A program made the position numbers and the translations under genes. The notes under the pieces are model-generated. The model saw only the letters and a list, made by a program, of their open reading frames with translations. It made no database searches and was not told where the DNA came from. From an uncultured Gemmatimonadales bacterium (GTDB taxonomy: Bacteria; Gemmatimonadota; Gemmatimonadetes; Gemmatimonadales; Gemmatimonadaceae): a stretch of DNA of 64,000 nucleotides. How positions within the stretch are numbered: the first letter of the stretch is position 1; the number at the start of each line of letters is the position of its first letter. Location of the stretch: assembly GCA_963850905.1 (NCBI GenBank), contig CAWKMU010000003.1:2144001-2208000 (forward strand), read 5' to 3'. Positions 28,638 to 38,510 of this stretch are shown here, piece after piece.

Positions 28638-31556
28638 TTGGCCCGTGTGAACCGGCCCCGCATGGTGGTCGCTCTGGCAGTACTCGCCGGCCTGCCTGTC
28701 GGCCTGTTCGCACAGGACACGGCGAACCGGGTCGCGCGCGCCATCGATCTTGCCGCAGAGCGCGCCGTCGCGAGCGACAGCGTATTGGCGGCCGCCAGCA
28801 AGTGGCGGGCGGCCTTGTTGCGCGATCCGGGCGACCGGTATGCGGCACTTGGTCTGGCAAGTCTCGCCCGACTGACGTCCGACACGACAGCCGACGCTGC
28901 CCTCACGCCACTCGCGGGCGGGTCGGATGCCGTCGCGCGTCGTGCCTCGCTGGACCGAGCCGGGTCGGCGGTGGCGGCGGGGCGAAGGGCGGCGGGGGAT
29001 AGCATGTATGCGCGCGCGGCTGCCGTCGCCTCGGCCGCGCATGATTCGATCGTCGAGGCCGAAGCGCAGTTCGGACGCGCTGATGTGGCTTTTGCGCAGT
29101 TCGCGTTTGCGGCGGCGCGGCCGTTCATTCGCCCCGCCGATTCGGTTCGACCCCCGTTGGATGCGATCCTGGCGGCCACGAGTGCCTGTGTGCAGGCGGC
29201 GCTTCGTCCGTCCGATTCGGCGCTGCGCGCCGCCACCCTCCAGGCGGAGCGCACCGGCAATGCACGACTGGCCGCTCGGTGCCTCGCTCCACTACCCTCG
29301 TTCTTGTTTGGTCAGGGCGAGGAGGATGCGTCGGACCACGCGGGCGCAGAGGTCATCGCTCGCTTGCGTCGCGTGCGGGATCGCGATGCGCTCGGCGTTG
29401 CCCTCATGTTCCAGTGTTACCGGCGCCTCACGCTGCTGGATTACGACGCGAGCGCGGCGTACTGCGGGGACGCGGTCTCCGAAGGTCGAACGTCGCACTC
29501 GCCGTATACTGTCGGATGGGCTGAGCTCAACCTGGGAGCACTCAGCCGCCTCCTCGGAGACGCAGCGGCGGCGCGCGCCCACAATGCGCGAGCGCGTGCG
29601 GCGCTGCTCGCGATCAACGACCAGCATGGATTGGGTATTCTCCGTCGGAACAATGCTGATCTGGCGCTCGACGCCGGTGACACGGCCGCCGCTCGAGCCG
29701 CTGCATTGGAGGCGCTCCACGCTGCGTCGGCGGGCGCGGACGCGGGCGGTGCCTGGAGGAGGCTCGCGGATGTTGCGCTCCGGGAAAACCGATTCGCAGA
29801 AGCGAAACGGGACATCGACAGCGGCGTGGCCGCGGCAGTCCGCGGGCACGCTGAAGTCTTCGTTCCGGCGGCCAAACTTGCGTATGGAACGGTACTGCTC
29901 CGCGAGGGACGTCCCGAAGACGCGTTGACCTGGCTGATCCCGTCAGTGTACGACACCGGTCAACACGTCGCTCGATATCTGATCGAAGAACAGCGCGTCG
30001 AAGCGTTGCTTGCGCTCGGACGACGGAAGGAAGCTCTGACTGAGATGGAGCGTACCACCGATGAGCTCGAGCGCTGGCGAGCGACGCTGAGCGACCGAGA
30101 GCTGCGCGTCCTGGCGTTCCAAACCAGGCCACTGTTTGGCGGACCCAGCCCGGCGATCGCAGCGGTAGTTGCCTCAGCCGTAGCTCAAGGGCAGAGTGAC
30201 CGGGCGTTCGCGCTCGCCGAGCGACGACGGGCTCGCGACCTCGAGGACCAGCGCCGCCGGGCGGCAGTCCTGGGCGGCGGTACGCAGGGCAGCATCGCCC
30301 CGTCGCGCCTTACGTCCCTGACGTCGCTCGCTGCACTCGGTCGCGAGATCCCTGACGACAGCACCGCCGTCATCGAGTACGTCACCGGTCCGGTTGGCGC
30401 GCCCACGACTGTTTTCGTGGTCACACGGCGTTCCACCTCTGCCCGGATCATCGCGCCGGTGGACTCGCTGGCGGATGACATCAGTCTGTTCGATGAACTC
30501 GTCGACCAACGCCAGGACTCGCGCGCCGTCGCACGCACGGTCGGCTCGCGGGTGCTCGGACCGGTCGTGCGCGCCCTGTCGCCGGCGATCGAGAGACTTG
30601 TGATCGTGCCCGACGGCCTGTTGTACCGCATCCCGTTCCCAGCGCTGCGACTGAGCAACGGCACGTACGCGGTGGACCGGTATGCCATCAGCTCCGTACC
30701 GTCGGCAACCGTCGTCGCCGATCTCTGGTCGCATCCGCCCGCAGTTCGTCACGGGCCTGCACGTGTGCTCGCGTTCGGCAATGCAATCCCGGACCCGGGT
30801 GCTGGCGGGACCGCGGAGCGCGGCACTGCCGATGTGAGCGACGACGAGCGCTCAGCAACGCCGGCGGGGTCACCGCTCGTGGAAGTGTTGTCCGAGAGTC
30901 CGTCGGTCGCGAGTAGCCTACCGCGTCTCGAGTGGTCGGGTGACGAAGCGCGCATGGTGGCCGCCTTCGGACGGGAGTCGGTCGTTCGAGTCGGCCGCGA
31001 TGCAACGCCAGCCGCTCTAAAGGAAGCGCCGCTCGACTCGTTCTCCGTAGTGCACTTTGCGACGCATGCTGTGGTCGACGAGCAGGTGCCGGCGCGCAGC
31101 GCGCTGTTGCTGTCGGCCGACACACGCAGCAACGGGATTGTCGATGCTGGTTCGCTGGAGGGGCGACACATAGCGGCCACCCTCGTGGTGTTGTCGGCCT
31201 GCCGGACGGCTCGCGGCGCGTTGGTCGAAGGCGAAGGGGTGCGCGGGCTGGCGAATCCGTTTCTCGGGGCGGGCGCGCACGCCGTGTTGGCCACCCAGTG
31301 GGCGATCGGCGACCGGTCCGCGGTCCCCATGGTCTACGCGATCTATCGGGGGATCGCGGCCGGCCTTCCGGTGGCCGAGGCGCTGCGCCGCGCGGAAGCC
31401 GAGGCCGTTCGCCGCGGCGCGCCGGTGCGGGAATGGGCTGCCTTCGCGCTGATCGGCGACCCGCTTGCACGCGTGGCGCTCGAGACGCCGGCTCCCGATG
31501 CGATCCCCAGTTGGGTCCGTGTGCTCGCTACGGTTTCGGTACCGCGAGGTCGGTGA
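28638..31556 (+). CDS. Exported TPR-CHAT (caspase-like, clan CD) protease
   Basis: Signal peptide ..RPRMVVALAVLAGLPVGLFA|QD; Ala-rich TPR-like helices; AFALAERRRAR; LVIVPDGLLYRIPF; catalytic HFATH (H810) and VLSAC (C855); GEGVRGL..FLGAGA..ATQW; WAAF. Confidence 0.92.
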   Translation: MARVNRPRMVVALAVLAGLPVGLFAQDTANRVARAIDLAAERAVASDSVLAAASKWRAALLRDPGDRYAALGLASLARLTSDTTADAALTPLAGGSDAVARRASLDRAGSAVAAGRRAAGDSMYARAAAVASAAHDSIVEAEAQFGRADVAFAQFAFAAARPFIRPADSVRPPLDAILAATSACVQAALRPSDSALRAATLQAERTGNARLAARCLAPLPSFLFGQGEEDASDHAGAEVIARLRRVRDRDALGVALMFQCYRRLTLLDYDASAAYCGDAVSEGRTSHSPYTVGWAELNLGALSRLLGDAAAARAHNARARAALLAINDQHGLGILRRNNADLALDAGDTAAARAAALEALHAASAGADAGGAWRRLADVALRENRFAEAKRDIDSGVAAAVRGHAEVFVPAAKLAYGTVLLREGRPEDALTWLIPSVYDTGQHVARYLIEEQRVEALLALGRRKEALTEMERTTDELERWRATLSDRELRVLAFQTRPLFGGPSPAIAAVVASAVAQGQSDRAFALAERRRARDLEDQRRRAAVLGGGTQGSIAPSRLTSLTSLAALGREIPDDSTAVIEYVTGPVGAPTTVFVVTRRSTSARIIAPVDSLADDISLFDELVDQRQDSRAVARTVGSRVLGPVVRALSPAIERLVIVPDGLLYRIPFPALRLSNGTYAVDRYAISSVPSATVVADLWSHPPAVRHGPARVLAFGNAIPDPGAGGTAERGTADVSDDERSATPAGSPLVEVLSESPSVASSLPRLEWSGDEARMVAAFGRESVVRVGRDATPAALKEAPLDSFSVVHFATHAVVDEQVPARSALLLSADTRSNGIVDAGSLEGRHIAATLVVLSACRTARGALVEGEGVRGLANPFLGAGAHAVLATQWAIGDRSAVPMVYAIYRGIAAGLPVAEALRRAEAEAVRRGAPVREWAAFALIGDPLARVALETPAPDAIPSWVRVLATVSVPRGR

Positions 31557-32181
31557 ACGCTGACTGCCAGCGTACGCCGGCGGCCTCGCTCGTTGTCACT
31601 CGCCAGCGATATGTGCCTCCGACCGGCAGTGCCGGCCAGGGGAGCGTCGTGTCGGCTGTCCGTGAGCGGGTCACCACGAGGCCGGAGTCGTTCACGACCT
31701 CGAAGAGGTACGATGCAGCCCCCGGCGCCCGATGCCACACGAACAATGGTGTCGCACCCGGTGAGATTGTACCTACGGGCCCGATGACTGCGAGCACGCG
31801 CGTTCCGGTATCGGTCGCGACCCCTCGTTCGGCGTCGTTCGGCCCCGTCGGTCGAAACTGACGGGCTGATTGTCGCGCGATCGTCGGCACGGCGATCGCG
31901 ACGACGATCACCGCAGCGATCGCCAGAGCGGCCCACAGGCCGCGACGTTGCGGTTGCAGCGACTCGCCAGCCCGCGACGTCGCCAGTAACAAATCCAGTT
32001 CTCGCCGGCAGGTGGCGCACGACAGCGCGTGATCGAACACCGCGAGCCGTGCCGCCTCGGGGCCGCGGCCGAGCGCCGCGTCCGCCAGTTGGTCCGCGTC
32101 GGGGTGCGGCGTGTCCGGGGCATTGGCGGCGTGGGCGCCGTAGAGTGCACGGAGCCGGTTGTCCGAGAAGTCGCTCGTCAC
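31528..32181 (-). CDS. Membrane-anchored zf-HC2 anti-sigma factor with extracytoplasmic beta-sandwich domain (217 aa)
   Basis: GTG start overlaps the sigma stop (GTGA); HALSCATC zinc motif; TM GLWAALAIAAVIVVAIAVPTIA; C-domain FVWHRAPGAASYLFEV..YRWRVT. Confidence 0.82.
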   Translation of the reverse strand: MTSDFSDNRLRALYGAHAANAPDTPHPDADQLADAALGRGPEAARLAVFDHALSCATCRRELDLLLATSRAGESLQPQRRGLWAALAIAAVIVVAIAVPTIARQSARQFRPTGPNDAERGVATDTGTRVLAVIGPVGTISPGATPLFVWHRAPGAASYLFEVVNDSGLVVTRSRTADTTLPWPALPVGGTYRWRVTTSEAAGVRWQSAFTDLAVPKP

Positions 32182-32726
32182 GCCGTCCCTCCGGGGCCGA
32201 TCCCGCGCCGCCGCAACTCTTCCCGCAAATCGTCCAGACCTCGATACAGCAGGTTCCGTGTCTTGGCCTCCGACCATCGCAGGTGCTGGGCGATCTCTTC
32301 TCTCGTGTATCCGGAAAGGTACATGCGCACCGGCACGCGGCGGCTTTCCGCGAGGGTGCGGATGGCCGCGGCGACCGCGTGGGCTTCCTCCGAGCGCTCG
32401 AGGCGCTCGGCCGGATCCGCGCTTTCAGGCGCTGCTGGATCGTCCGCGATCTCCTCGAGCGATGCCTGGTTGCGGCGAGCGCGTCGCTCGCGGATCACAT
32501 CGAGCGCCGCTGATATCCCGGCGCGATAGATGTACGAGCTGCCGAGACCGGAGATCGCCTCCGCCTCGCCGTGCGCGCGCCAAAGTCGAAGGCGGAGGTT
32601 CTGCAACACCTCCGCGATCTCATCCTCCGGGACCCCACGCTGCAGCGCGATATGCCGCAGCATGCCGGCGAAGCGTGCGAGGAGAGCATCGAGGGCAGAA
32701 GATATCGGGTCCGTAGCGTCAGGCAC
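32178..32726 (-). CDS. ECF sigma-70 family sigma factor (182 aa)
   Basis: Region 2 EVLQNLRLRLWR..SYIYRAGISAALDVIR; region 4 YLSGYTREEIAQHLRWSEAKTRNLLYRGLDDLR. Confidence 0.9.
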   Translation of the reverse strand: MPDATDPISSALDALLARFAGMLRHIALQRGVPEDEIAEVLQNLRLRLWRAHGEAEAISGLGSSYIYRAGISAALDVIRERRARRNQASLEEIADDPAAPESADPAERLERSEEAHAVAAAIRTLAESRRVPVRMYLSGYTREEIAQHLRWSEAKTRNLLYRGLDDLREELRRRGIGPGGTA

Positions 32727-32787
32727 GGCGGATGGACGAAGACACGGCCGGGCCACAAAGCGGCGGGCCGCGGGGCCGGTGTCGGCA

Positions 32788-32816
32788 AGCGTATCCGCGG
32801 TGCCGGTGACCGTCAA
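32788..32816 (-). promoter_or_regulatory. Sigma70-like promoter for the ECF/anti-sigma operon
   Basis: Minus strand TTGACG-N17-TACGCT, about 60 nt upstream of GTG 32726. Confidence 0.55.
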
Positions 32817-33141
32817 GAGACGCGCTTGCCGCGGCGCCAGGCCGGCAACTCGGCGCAAGCCGCCGCGTGCCACCCCGCGGTCGCGGACAGGTGTGGTGAG
32901 CCAGCGAGTTGATCGTCGAACGCGGTCATCGTCACGACCCCGCGCGGGAGCACGGCCGGGTGGCAGCTACAGAGATTCGATCAGGCTATACGCTCGGACT
33001 CCTCCGTCCTTCTCACTCCGCCGCAAAACGCATGTGAGGACCGTGCGCGGTGAGAATAATTACGACGACACTGCGTACCACTGGGGTCACGTCGAGGCCG
33101 CCACGCGCTCGCATTACGTCTTCAACAAAGAGGTAACTCCC

Positions 33142-35280
33142 GTGTTGCGCAAATCCCGGGTTGCCATTCTGATTGCGCTTGCCGGCCTGTGCGCATGCGG
33201 CAAGAGCTCGACGGCCCCCGCTTCCAACGGTGGGGGCGGGGGCGGCGGTGGAGGAAGCGGAGGGAGCACCACCACCGCCACCTACATCGGAACGGTCGCG
33301 AGCGCCGTTGCCACCGGCTCATTCGCCGCGACCTTCACGACGCCAGCATCGAGCAAGGTCGCCTCCGAGCGGTCCGTGGAGGTCGGCCCATCCGGTCATC
33401 GCATTCGGCTCCGGAGCGGACCGGGTGCGTCCATCACGATCACGCTGCTCAACGGGCAGACGTTGACGCTCACCGGATCGTTGAGCGGTTCTTCCTTCAC
33501 ACTGAACGATAGCAACGGCGATTCGTGTTCGGGCACCCTCGCCAACGTCCTGGCCGCAACTTGCACATTTGCCATCGACCCCGGAGCGTCGATTGGGCTG
33601 ATTGGCGCGCTGCAAATCGAAGGGGCGACCGCGGGCCTCACCACCTATTGCGGACTCGTGCACATCCCTGGCGTCGTCTCGCCCTATGCATCGATGCTGC
33701 TCGGCGTGTCCGGATCGCAGTCGTTCGTCGCCACCATCGGCATCCCCAATAACATTCCCATCTTCTACGCGGGGAGCGTGACCGGCTCGAGCTTCCGGGA
33801 CACGTCGGTCACGCCCCACTTCACTGATTTCTATTCTGGCACTCTCTCGGCGACGACGGCCAGCGGTTTCGACAGCGTGACGACAGCCACCTTGGGGGAC
33901 TTCAGCGCGACGACGCCATGCACACTGACCGCGGCGTCGATCAGTGCCACGAGTGCGACGTTCACCGCCTCCGCCGGTTCGGCGCCGGCGCCGGTCAAGC
34001 TGATCGTTTCGCCGAACACGCTGGGCCCGATGACTGCCGTCGTGCCATCGGGGGCGACCTGGCTCAAAGCCAGCACTGCCTACGATACGCTGATCCTGGC
34101 CCCGGCGTCTCAGCCCACGAGCGGCACGTTCAACACGGCTGTGACGCTGTATCCACAGTTTGCGAGCTCACCTTTGACCGTCAACGTCTCCTATACGGTG
34201 ACGGGCGGCACCGGCGGTGGCGGATCGACGGGGCTCTGGCTCGGCAACAGCGACGGGCAGCTGCTCGAGTTTACGGCCCTGACCGGCCCGACGATTCTAC
34301 CGAGCATCTCCACCGGCACCGGCGGCGCGACCGGCGTTGGCTATCTCGCCGCCGACCAGCAAGGGAACCTGTGGATGTCGTCGGCATTCCGTGGCACGGT
34401 CGACAAACTTCCGCCCTCGAACTTCTCGAGCGGGAGCCCGAGCCTCGATATCCAGATTCCACGGGCGCCCTCCGGCCCGTCGCCCCAGCCCGTGGGGATC
34501 GCATTCGATCACAACGGAACGCTCTGGGTGGCCGACAGCGCGAACAGCGGATGGTTCTACAGCTATACGCAGGCGCAGCTCTCCATGGCGACCCCCACGG
34601 CCAACCCGTTCACGCTCACGGGTGTCGTCACTGGTCCCACCTCGCTCGGTCACCTGAAGCTCGCAGCGGTCGCGTTCGACGCCAACGGCAATCTCTGGCT
34701 GTCCGACGAGGCGTCGTCGCTTGTGTTCGAGGTCCTTGCCGGCCAACTCAATGGCTCGAATGTCGACTTGCAGGCCTTTGGGTTCATTGCCGTCGGTGGC
34801 AACGGCGGCAGTCAGCCGCAATCGATGGCATTCGACGCGCAGGGGAACCTCTGGGTAAGCTTCCTCGGGTTCTCGGCCGGCGGGGCGGTGTACGAGTATG
34901 CGAAGTCAGACTTGAACAACATCCAGCACGATCAGAGTCCATCGCCCCTGGCCGAAGTGCAGATCAACGGGGTGGCCGACTCCATCACTTCGATCGCGTT
35001 CGATCAGGCGGGGAACCTGTGGCTCGTGGAGTCGGCCAAGGCCAACGTCACGACGGCGTTGGCGATGGTGCCGAAGGCGAGTATCGCGGCCGCCGGCACC
35101 TACCAGGTCACGCCGACCGTCACGTACGCCGCGACCACGAACGCGCAACTTCCGACGTCGATAGCGTTCGGTCCGCCGCCGTCGAATCTGCCAATGTACA
35201 GCGTGCCAGGTCGGGGGCCAACGCCTCCAAACGCCTCGCCACTCGCTTCTACGCGGACGATGGTCAGGCGCCGCCCTTAG
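33142..35280 (+). CDS. Large lipoprotein with Ser/Thr-rich beta domains and a C-terminal NHL/Vgb-like beta-propeller (712 aa)
   Basis: SD GAGGT then GTG 33142; VLRKSRVAILIALAGLCAC lipobox; poly-Gly linker; repeats ADQQGNLW, AFDHNGTLW, AFDANGNLW, AFDAQGNLW, AFDQAGNLW. Confidence 0.82.
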   Translation: MLRKSRVAILIALAGLCACGKSSTAPASNGGGGGGGGGSGGSTTTATYIGTVASAVATGSFAATFTTPASSKVASERSVEVGPSGHRIRLRSGPGASITITLLNGQTLTLTGSLSGSSFTLNDSNGDSCSGTLANVLAATCTFAIDPGASIGLIGALQIEGATAGLTTYCGLVHIPGVVSPYASMLLGVSGSQSFVATIGIPNNIPIFYAGSVTGSSFRDTSVTPHFTDFYSGTLSATTASGFDSVTTATLGDFSATTPCTLTAASISATSATFTASAGSAPAPVKLIVSPNTLGPMTAVVPSGATWLKASTAYDTLILAPASQPTSGTFNTAVTLYPQFASSPLTVNVSYTVTGGTGGGGSTGLWLGNSDGQLLEFTALTGPTILPSISTGTGGATGVGYLAADQQGNLWMSSAFRGTVDKLPPSNFSSGSPSLDIQIPRAPSGPSPQPVGIAFDHNGTLWVADSANSGWFYSYTQAQLSMATPTANPFTLTGVVTGPTSLGHLKLAAVAFDANGNLWLSDEASSLVFEVLAGQLNGSNVDLQAFGFIAVGGNGGSQPQSMAFDAQGNLWVSFLGFSAGGAVYEYAKSDLNNIQHDQSPSPLAEVQINGVADSITSIAFDQAGNLWLVESAKANVTTALAMVPKASIAAAGTYQVTPTVTYAATTNAQLPTSIAFGPPPSNLPMYSVPGRGPTPPNASPLASTRTMVRRRP

Positions 35281-35311
35281 CCCGCCCGGATCGGTTCCGC
35301 GCGGCCCATCA

Positions 35312-35343
35312 GGCCCCCGTGTGGTGACCACCACACGGGGGCC
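35312..35343 (+). terminator. Hairpin downstream of the lipoprotein gene
   Basis: GGCCCCCGTGTGGT-gacc-ACCACACGGGGGCC, 14-bp perfect stem. Confidence 0.65.
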
Positions 35344-35460
35344 GCTCGTGTGCAGAGGCGTGAACGCACGGGCGACGGCAAGTCCTCTTGCGCACGGTGG
35401 GATGGAGGTCGACCTTGGCGGCGAGAGATCGCCGCCAAGCCTTCGACTGCCTCACTGACC

Positions 35461-36054
35461 ATGCGCCGCACGCTGCTCGCCCTGCTGCTCGCCGTCCCCG
35501 TCGTCGCGACTGGGGCACAGCGTCCACAGACCTACCAGGTCGGTCGCATCCAGACCCGCCTCGGGGAGATCCTCTTCGTTCTCCACGATGAGACGCCGCG
35601 CCACAAGGCGAGCTTTATCAAGCTCGCGTCCGGCCACTACTGGGACTCGCTCACGTTCAATCGCGTGATCAAGAACTTCGTTGCTCAGGGAGGTTGCCCC
35701 GACACGCCGCAGGGATTCGGCGGGTCGCCGTATCTCCTCGCCCCAGAGTTCAGCGACCATCTCAAGCATGTGTACGGGGCCGTCGGGGCCGGTCGTGACG
35801 ACAACCCGGGGCAGCTCTCCGCTGGCTGCCAGTTCTACATCGTGGTCAACAAAGCTGGACTGGCCCGGCTGGACAACCACTATACGGTGTACGGCCAGGT
35901 CTTCAAAGGCATGGATGTCGTCGAAAAGATCGTTTCGGTTCCCACTGACTCGACGAACAAGCCGTTCACGCCGATTCCGCTGCACGTCGACGTGATTACC
36001 TTGACGGCGGACCAGTTGAAGGCGGACGGCTACGTCGCGACGGACGCGCGATAA
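35461..36054 (+). CDS. Cyclophilin-type peptidyl-prolyl cis-trans isomerase, periplasmic
   Basis: Signal peptide; [40 protein letters not shown]. Confidence 0.92.
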   Translation: MRRTLLALLLAVPVVATGAQRPQTYQVGRIQTRLGEILFVLHDETPRHKASFIKLASGHYWDSLTFNRVIKNFVAQGGCPDTPQGFGGSPYLLAPEFSDHLKHVYGAVGAGRDDNPGQLSAGCQFYIVVNKAGLARLDNHYTVYGQVFKGMDVVEKIVSVPTDSTNKPFTPIPLHVDVITLTADQLKADGYVATDAR

Positions 36055-36158
36055 GCACGGGCCGACTCGACCTCGGGCCGTGGCAGCGGGTATTCTACGG
36101 TGAGTGGGACGGACAGCGCCCCAGACGCATACTCCTCAAAGCAATGGGTGAATGAGCG

Positions 36159-38510
36159 ATGGCTCTCTGTGGTCTTGGTACGATTGGCACGTCCTTGTCA
36201 CAGCCGGTGCATGCCCTGGTTGCCCGTGTCGCCCGAACAAGGGTCTTGCTGGCGGCCTTCGTGGCCGGAGCGCTGCTGGCCGTGACGGCAGGCGCCCAGA
36301 CGATTCGCGGCAGCGTGCAGAGCGGGAACGAGCCCATCGTCGGAGCGACCGTGCGGCTGCTGGAGCTGGATCGTGAGCAGCGCACGGACGCGCAGGGACA
36401 ATTCAGCTTTTCCAATGTGCCCAAGGGCACCTATCGGATCTATGCCGGGGGCATCCTCGGGTACGTGGCCGCGACCGACACGGTCCAGGTGAGCGGCGGC
36501 GAGGTCTCGGTGTCGTTCAAGCTGGTTGCCTCGGCCATCCCGCTCCAGCAGATCGTGATCTCAGGCTCACCAACACCACGTCCCGCCGATGAGCAGTACC
36601 AGTCCGTCGAGTCCAAGTCGGGGGTCGAGTTGGACAACAGCTCGGGGATGACGTTTGCGGAGAAGATCGATGACCTGCCGGGCGTGACGGCCCGGTGGAA
36701 TGGCTCCGCACCGGCGCGCCCGATTCTGCGAGGCCTCGGCGACAACGAGGTGCTCGTTCTGGAGAACGGGCTCCGCATGGGCGATATCGCGACGTACGAC
36801 CCTGCGCATGCGACCCCGATCGACGCGCTGAGTATCGCGCAAATCGACGTCGTGCGGGGGCCGTCGGCGATTCTCTACGGTCCCAACACGATCGGCGGTC
36901 TGGTCAACATCGTGACGAACCTCGTCCCGACGGCGTCGGACCGCGCGCTCTCCGGAACCGCTGCCGTCGAAGGGAACTCGGTCAGCAACGAGTACTCCGG
37001 CTACTTCAATAACGTCTATACGCTCGGCAATTCCGCATTCCGCGTGTCCGCCGGCGGGTTGCACTCCGGCAATATCGACATTCCGGGCGGTATCTATCGC
37101 GACCCTGTCTCCGGCGCCGACTTTCACCTGCATGAGATCCCGCAGTCTGACGACCGCACGGGGGAGGGTGGCGTCGGATACTCGTATCAGGGTGCCTTCG
37201 GCATGGTCGGGATCGGCGCCAACCACTTCGAGACCAACTACGGAATTCCCGGCGTGCCGCCGAACGCCGACTGGGAGACCGTTCCCCCGACCACGTCGCG
37301 CATATCGCAGCAGCGGAATACGCTCGAGCTGCGGAGCCTCTTGAACGTCGGGAGTGGGTGGTTCGACCGCGTCAAGGTCACGGCAGGATACAACAGCTAC
37401 ACGCACTCCGAGTTCCCGACGCTGCAGGATTCGACCGGCGTGTCCGACCCGCAGGCGAACCACTTCCATATGGAAGAATTCAACGCGGTGCTGCAGGTCG
37501 AGCAGGCGCCGCGGGGCAAGTGGGATGGCACGCTTGGTTTATGGACTGATCTCCAGAATCTCACGATCGAGGGGCAGCAGCCCCTCGGACCCAACTCTCT
37601 CACGAGCGGCCTGGCGGGGTACGCCTATGAGGAATACCAGGTGAGCCCGCAGACCCGGATCGAGGCAGCTGCACGGTTCGACTACAATGCGATCCAAACG
37701 CACCCGTACCCGGTGTCCCAGGACTCGACGTTCCAGACTCTGGACGTGTCGCGAACCAACAATGCGGTGACTGGGTCTGTCGGGGCCATCCAGGAGATTG
37801 GCTCCAATCTCACTGCCACCGTGAGTCTTGCGCGGTCATTCCGAGCTCCCACGGTACAGGAGCTCTTCGCCAACGGACTGGACGCGTCCAGCGGCACCTA
37901 CTCGATCGGCAATGCCAATCTCGGTCCCGAAAGCGGCTACGGTGTCGATGCATCGCTGAAGGGCAATTTTGCGCAGGCGACGTTCGAGGTCTCCCCGTAT
38001 CTCAACTACATCAGTGACTACATCTACGGGTTCCTGACCGGCGACACGATTCAGGGCTTTCCGGTGCGGCACTTCACCGCGAGCGACGCACGGCTGGTGG
38101 GCTTCGAGGCGTCGGCCGCCGTGATGCCGATGCCCTATCTCGCGCTCCTCGCCAGCTCGGACTATGTGAATGCGGAGAACACGCAATTGAACGTCCCACT
38201 GCCCTTCATCCCGCCCTTGCGTGGGCTGTTGCGGGCGACGTATCAAGACCAGAAGTACATGGGGATGATCGAGTGGCGCGCGGCGGCGAGCCAAACACGA
38301 CTCGGCGTCGGCGATACGCCGACCGCCGGGTGGGCCATCTTCAATTTTGGTGCGGGCATCCGGTTCACGCAGAAGGATCTGGTTCACAACGTCAGCGTTC
38401 ATATCGACAACGCGTTCAACCGGGTCTATCGGGACAACCTCTCTGTGATCAAAGACTTTGTGCCGCAACCTGGGCGGGGTATTCGGCTGAACTACGTGCT
38501 CACCTACTAG
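36159..38510 (+). CDS. TonB-dependent receptor (ZnuD-like plug) with N-terminal carboxypeptidase-regulatory-like domain
   Basis: LPGV..ARPILRGL, HATPIDAL, IDVVRGPSAILYG..IGGLVN, SRSFRAP-like ARSFRAPTVQELFANG, PGRGIRLNYVLTY terminal aromatic. Start uncertain. Confidence 0.9.
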   Translation: MALCGLGTIGTSLSQPVHALVARVARTRVLLAAFVAGALLAVTAGAQTIRGSVQSGNEPIVGATVRLLELDREQRTDAQGQFSFSNVPKGTYRIYAGGILGYVAATDTVQVSGGEVSVSFKLVASAIPLQQIVISGSPTPRPADEQYQSVESKSGVELDNSSGMTFAEKIDDLPGVTARWNGSAPARPILRGLGDNEVLVLENGLRMGDIATYDPAHATPIDALSIAQIDVVRGPSAILYGPNTIGGLVNIVTNLVPTASDRALSGTAAVEGNSVSNEYSGYFNNVYTLGNSAFRVSAGGLHSGNIDIPGGIYRDPVSGADFHLHEIPQSDDRTGEGGVGYSYQGAFGMVGIGANHFETNYGIPGVPPNADWETVPPTTSRISQQRNTLELRSLLNVGSGWFDRVKVTAGYNSYTHSEFPTLQDSTGVSDPQANHFHMEEFNAVLQVEQAPRGKWDGTLGLWTDLQNLTIEGQQPLGPNSLTSGLAGYAYEEYQVSPQTRIEAAARFDYNAIQTHPYPVSQDSTFQTLDVSRTNNAVTGSVGAIQEIGSNLTATVSLARSFRAPTVQELFANGLDASSGTYSIGNANLGPESGYGVDASLKGNFAQATFEVSPYLNYISDYIYGFLTGDTIQGFPVRHFTASDARLVGFEASAAVMPMPYLALLASSDYVNAENTQLNVPLPFIPPLRGLLRATYQDQKYMGMIEWRAAASQTRLGVGDTPTAGWAIFNFGAGIRFTQKDLVHNVSVHIDNAFNRVYRDNLSVIKDFVPQPGRGIRLNYVLTY

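Noticed and set aside
32530..33141. 204-residue N-terminal extension of the 916-aa ORF
   Set aside because: Overlaps the sigma gene antisense; SD and lipobox point to a start at 33142.
32880..33141. Cognate promoter for the CHAT-linked ECF sigma
   Set aside because: CGGAC/CAGAC-type candidates exist here and upstream of the CHAT gene, but I could not support a consistent -35/-10 pair by eye.
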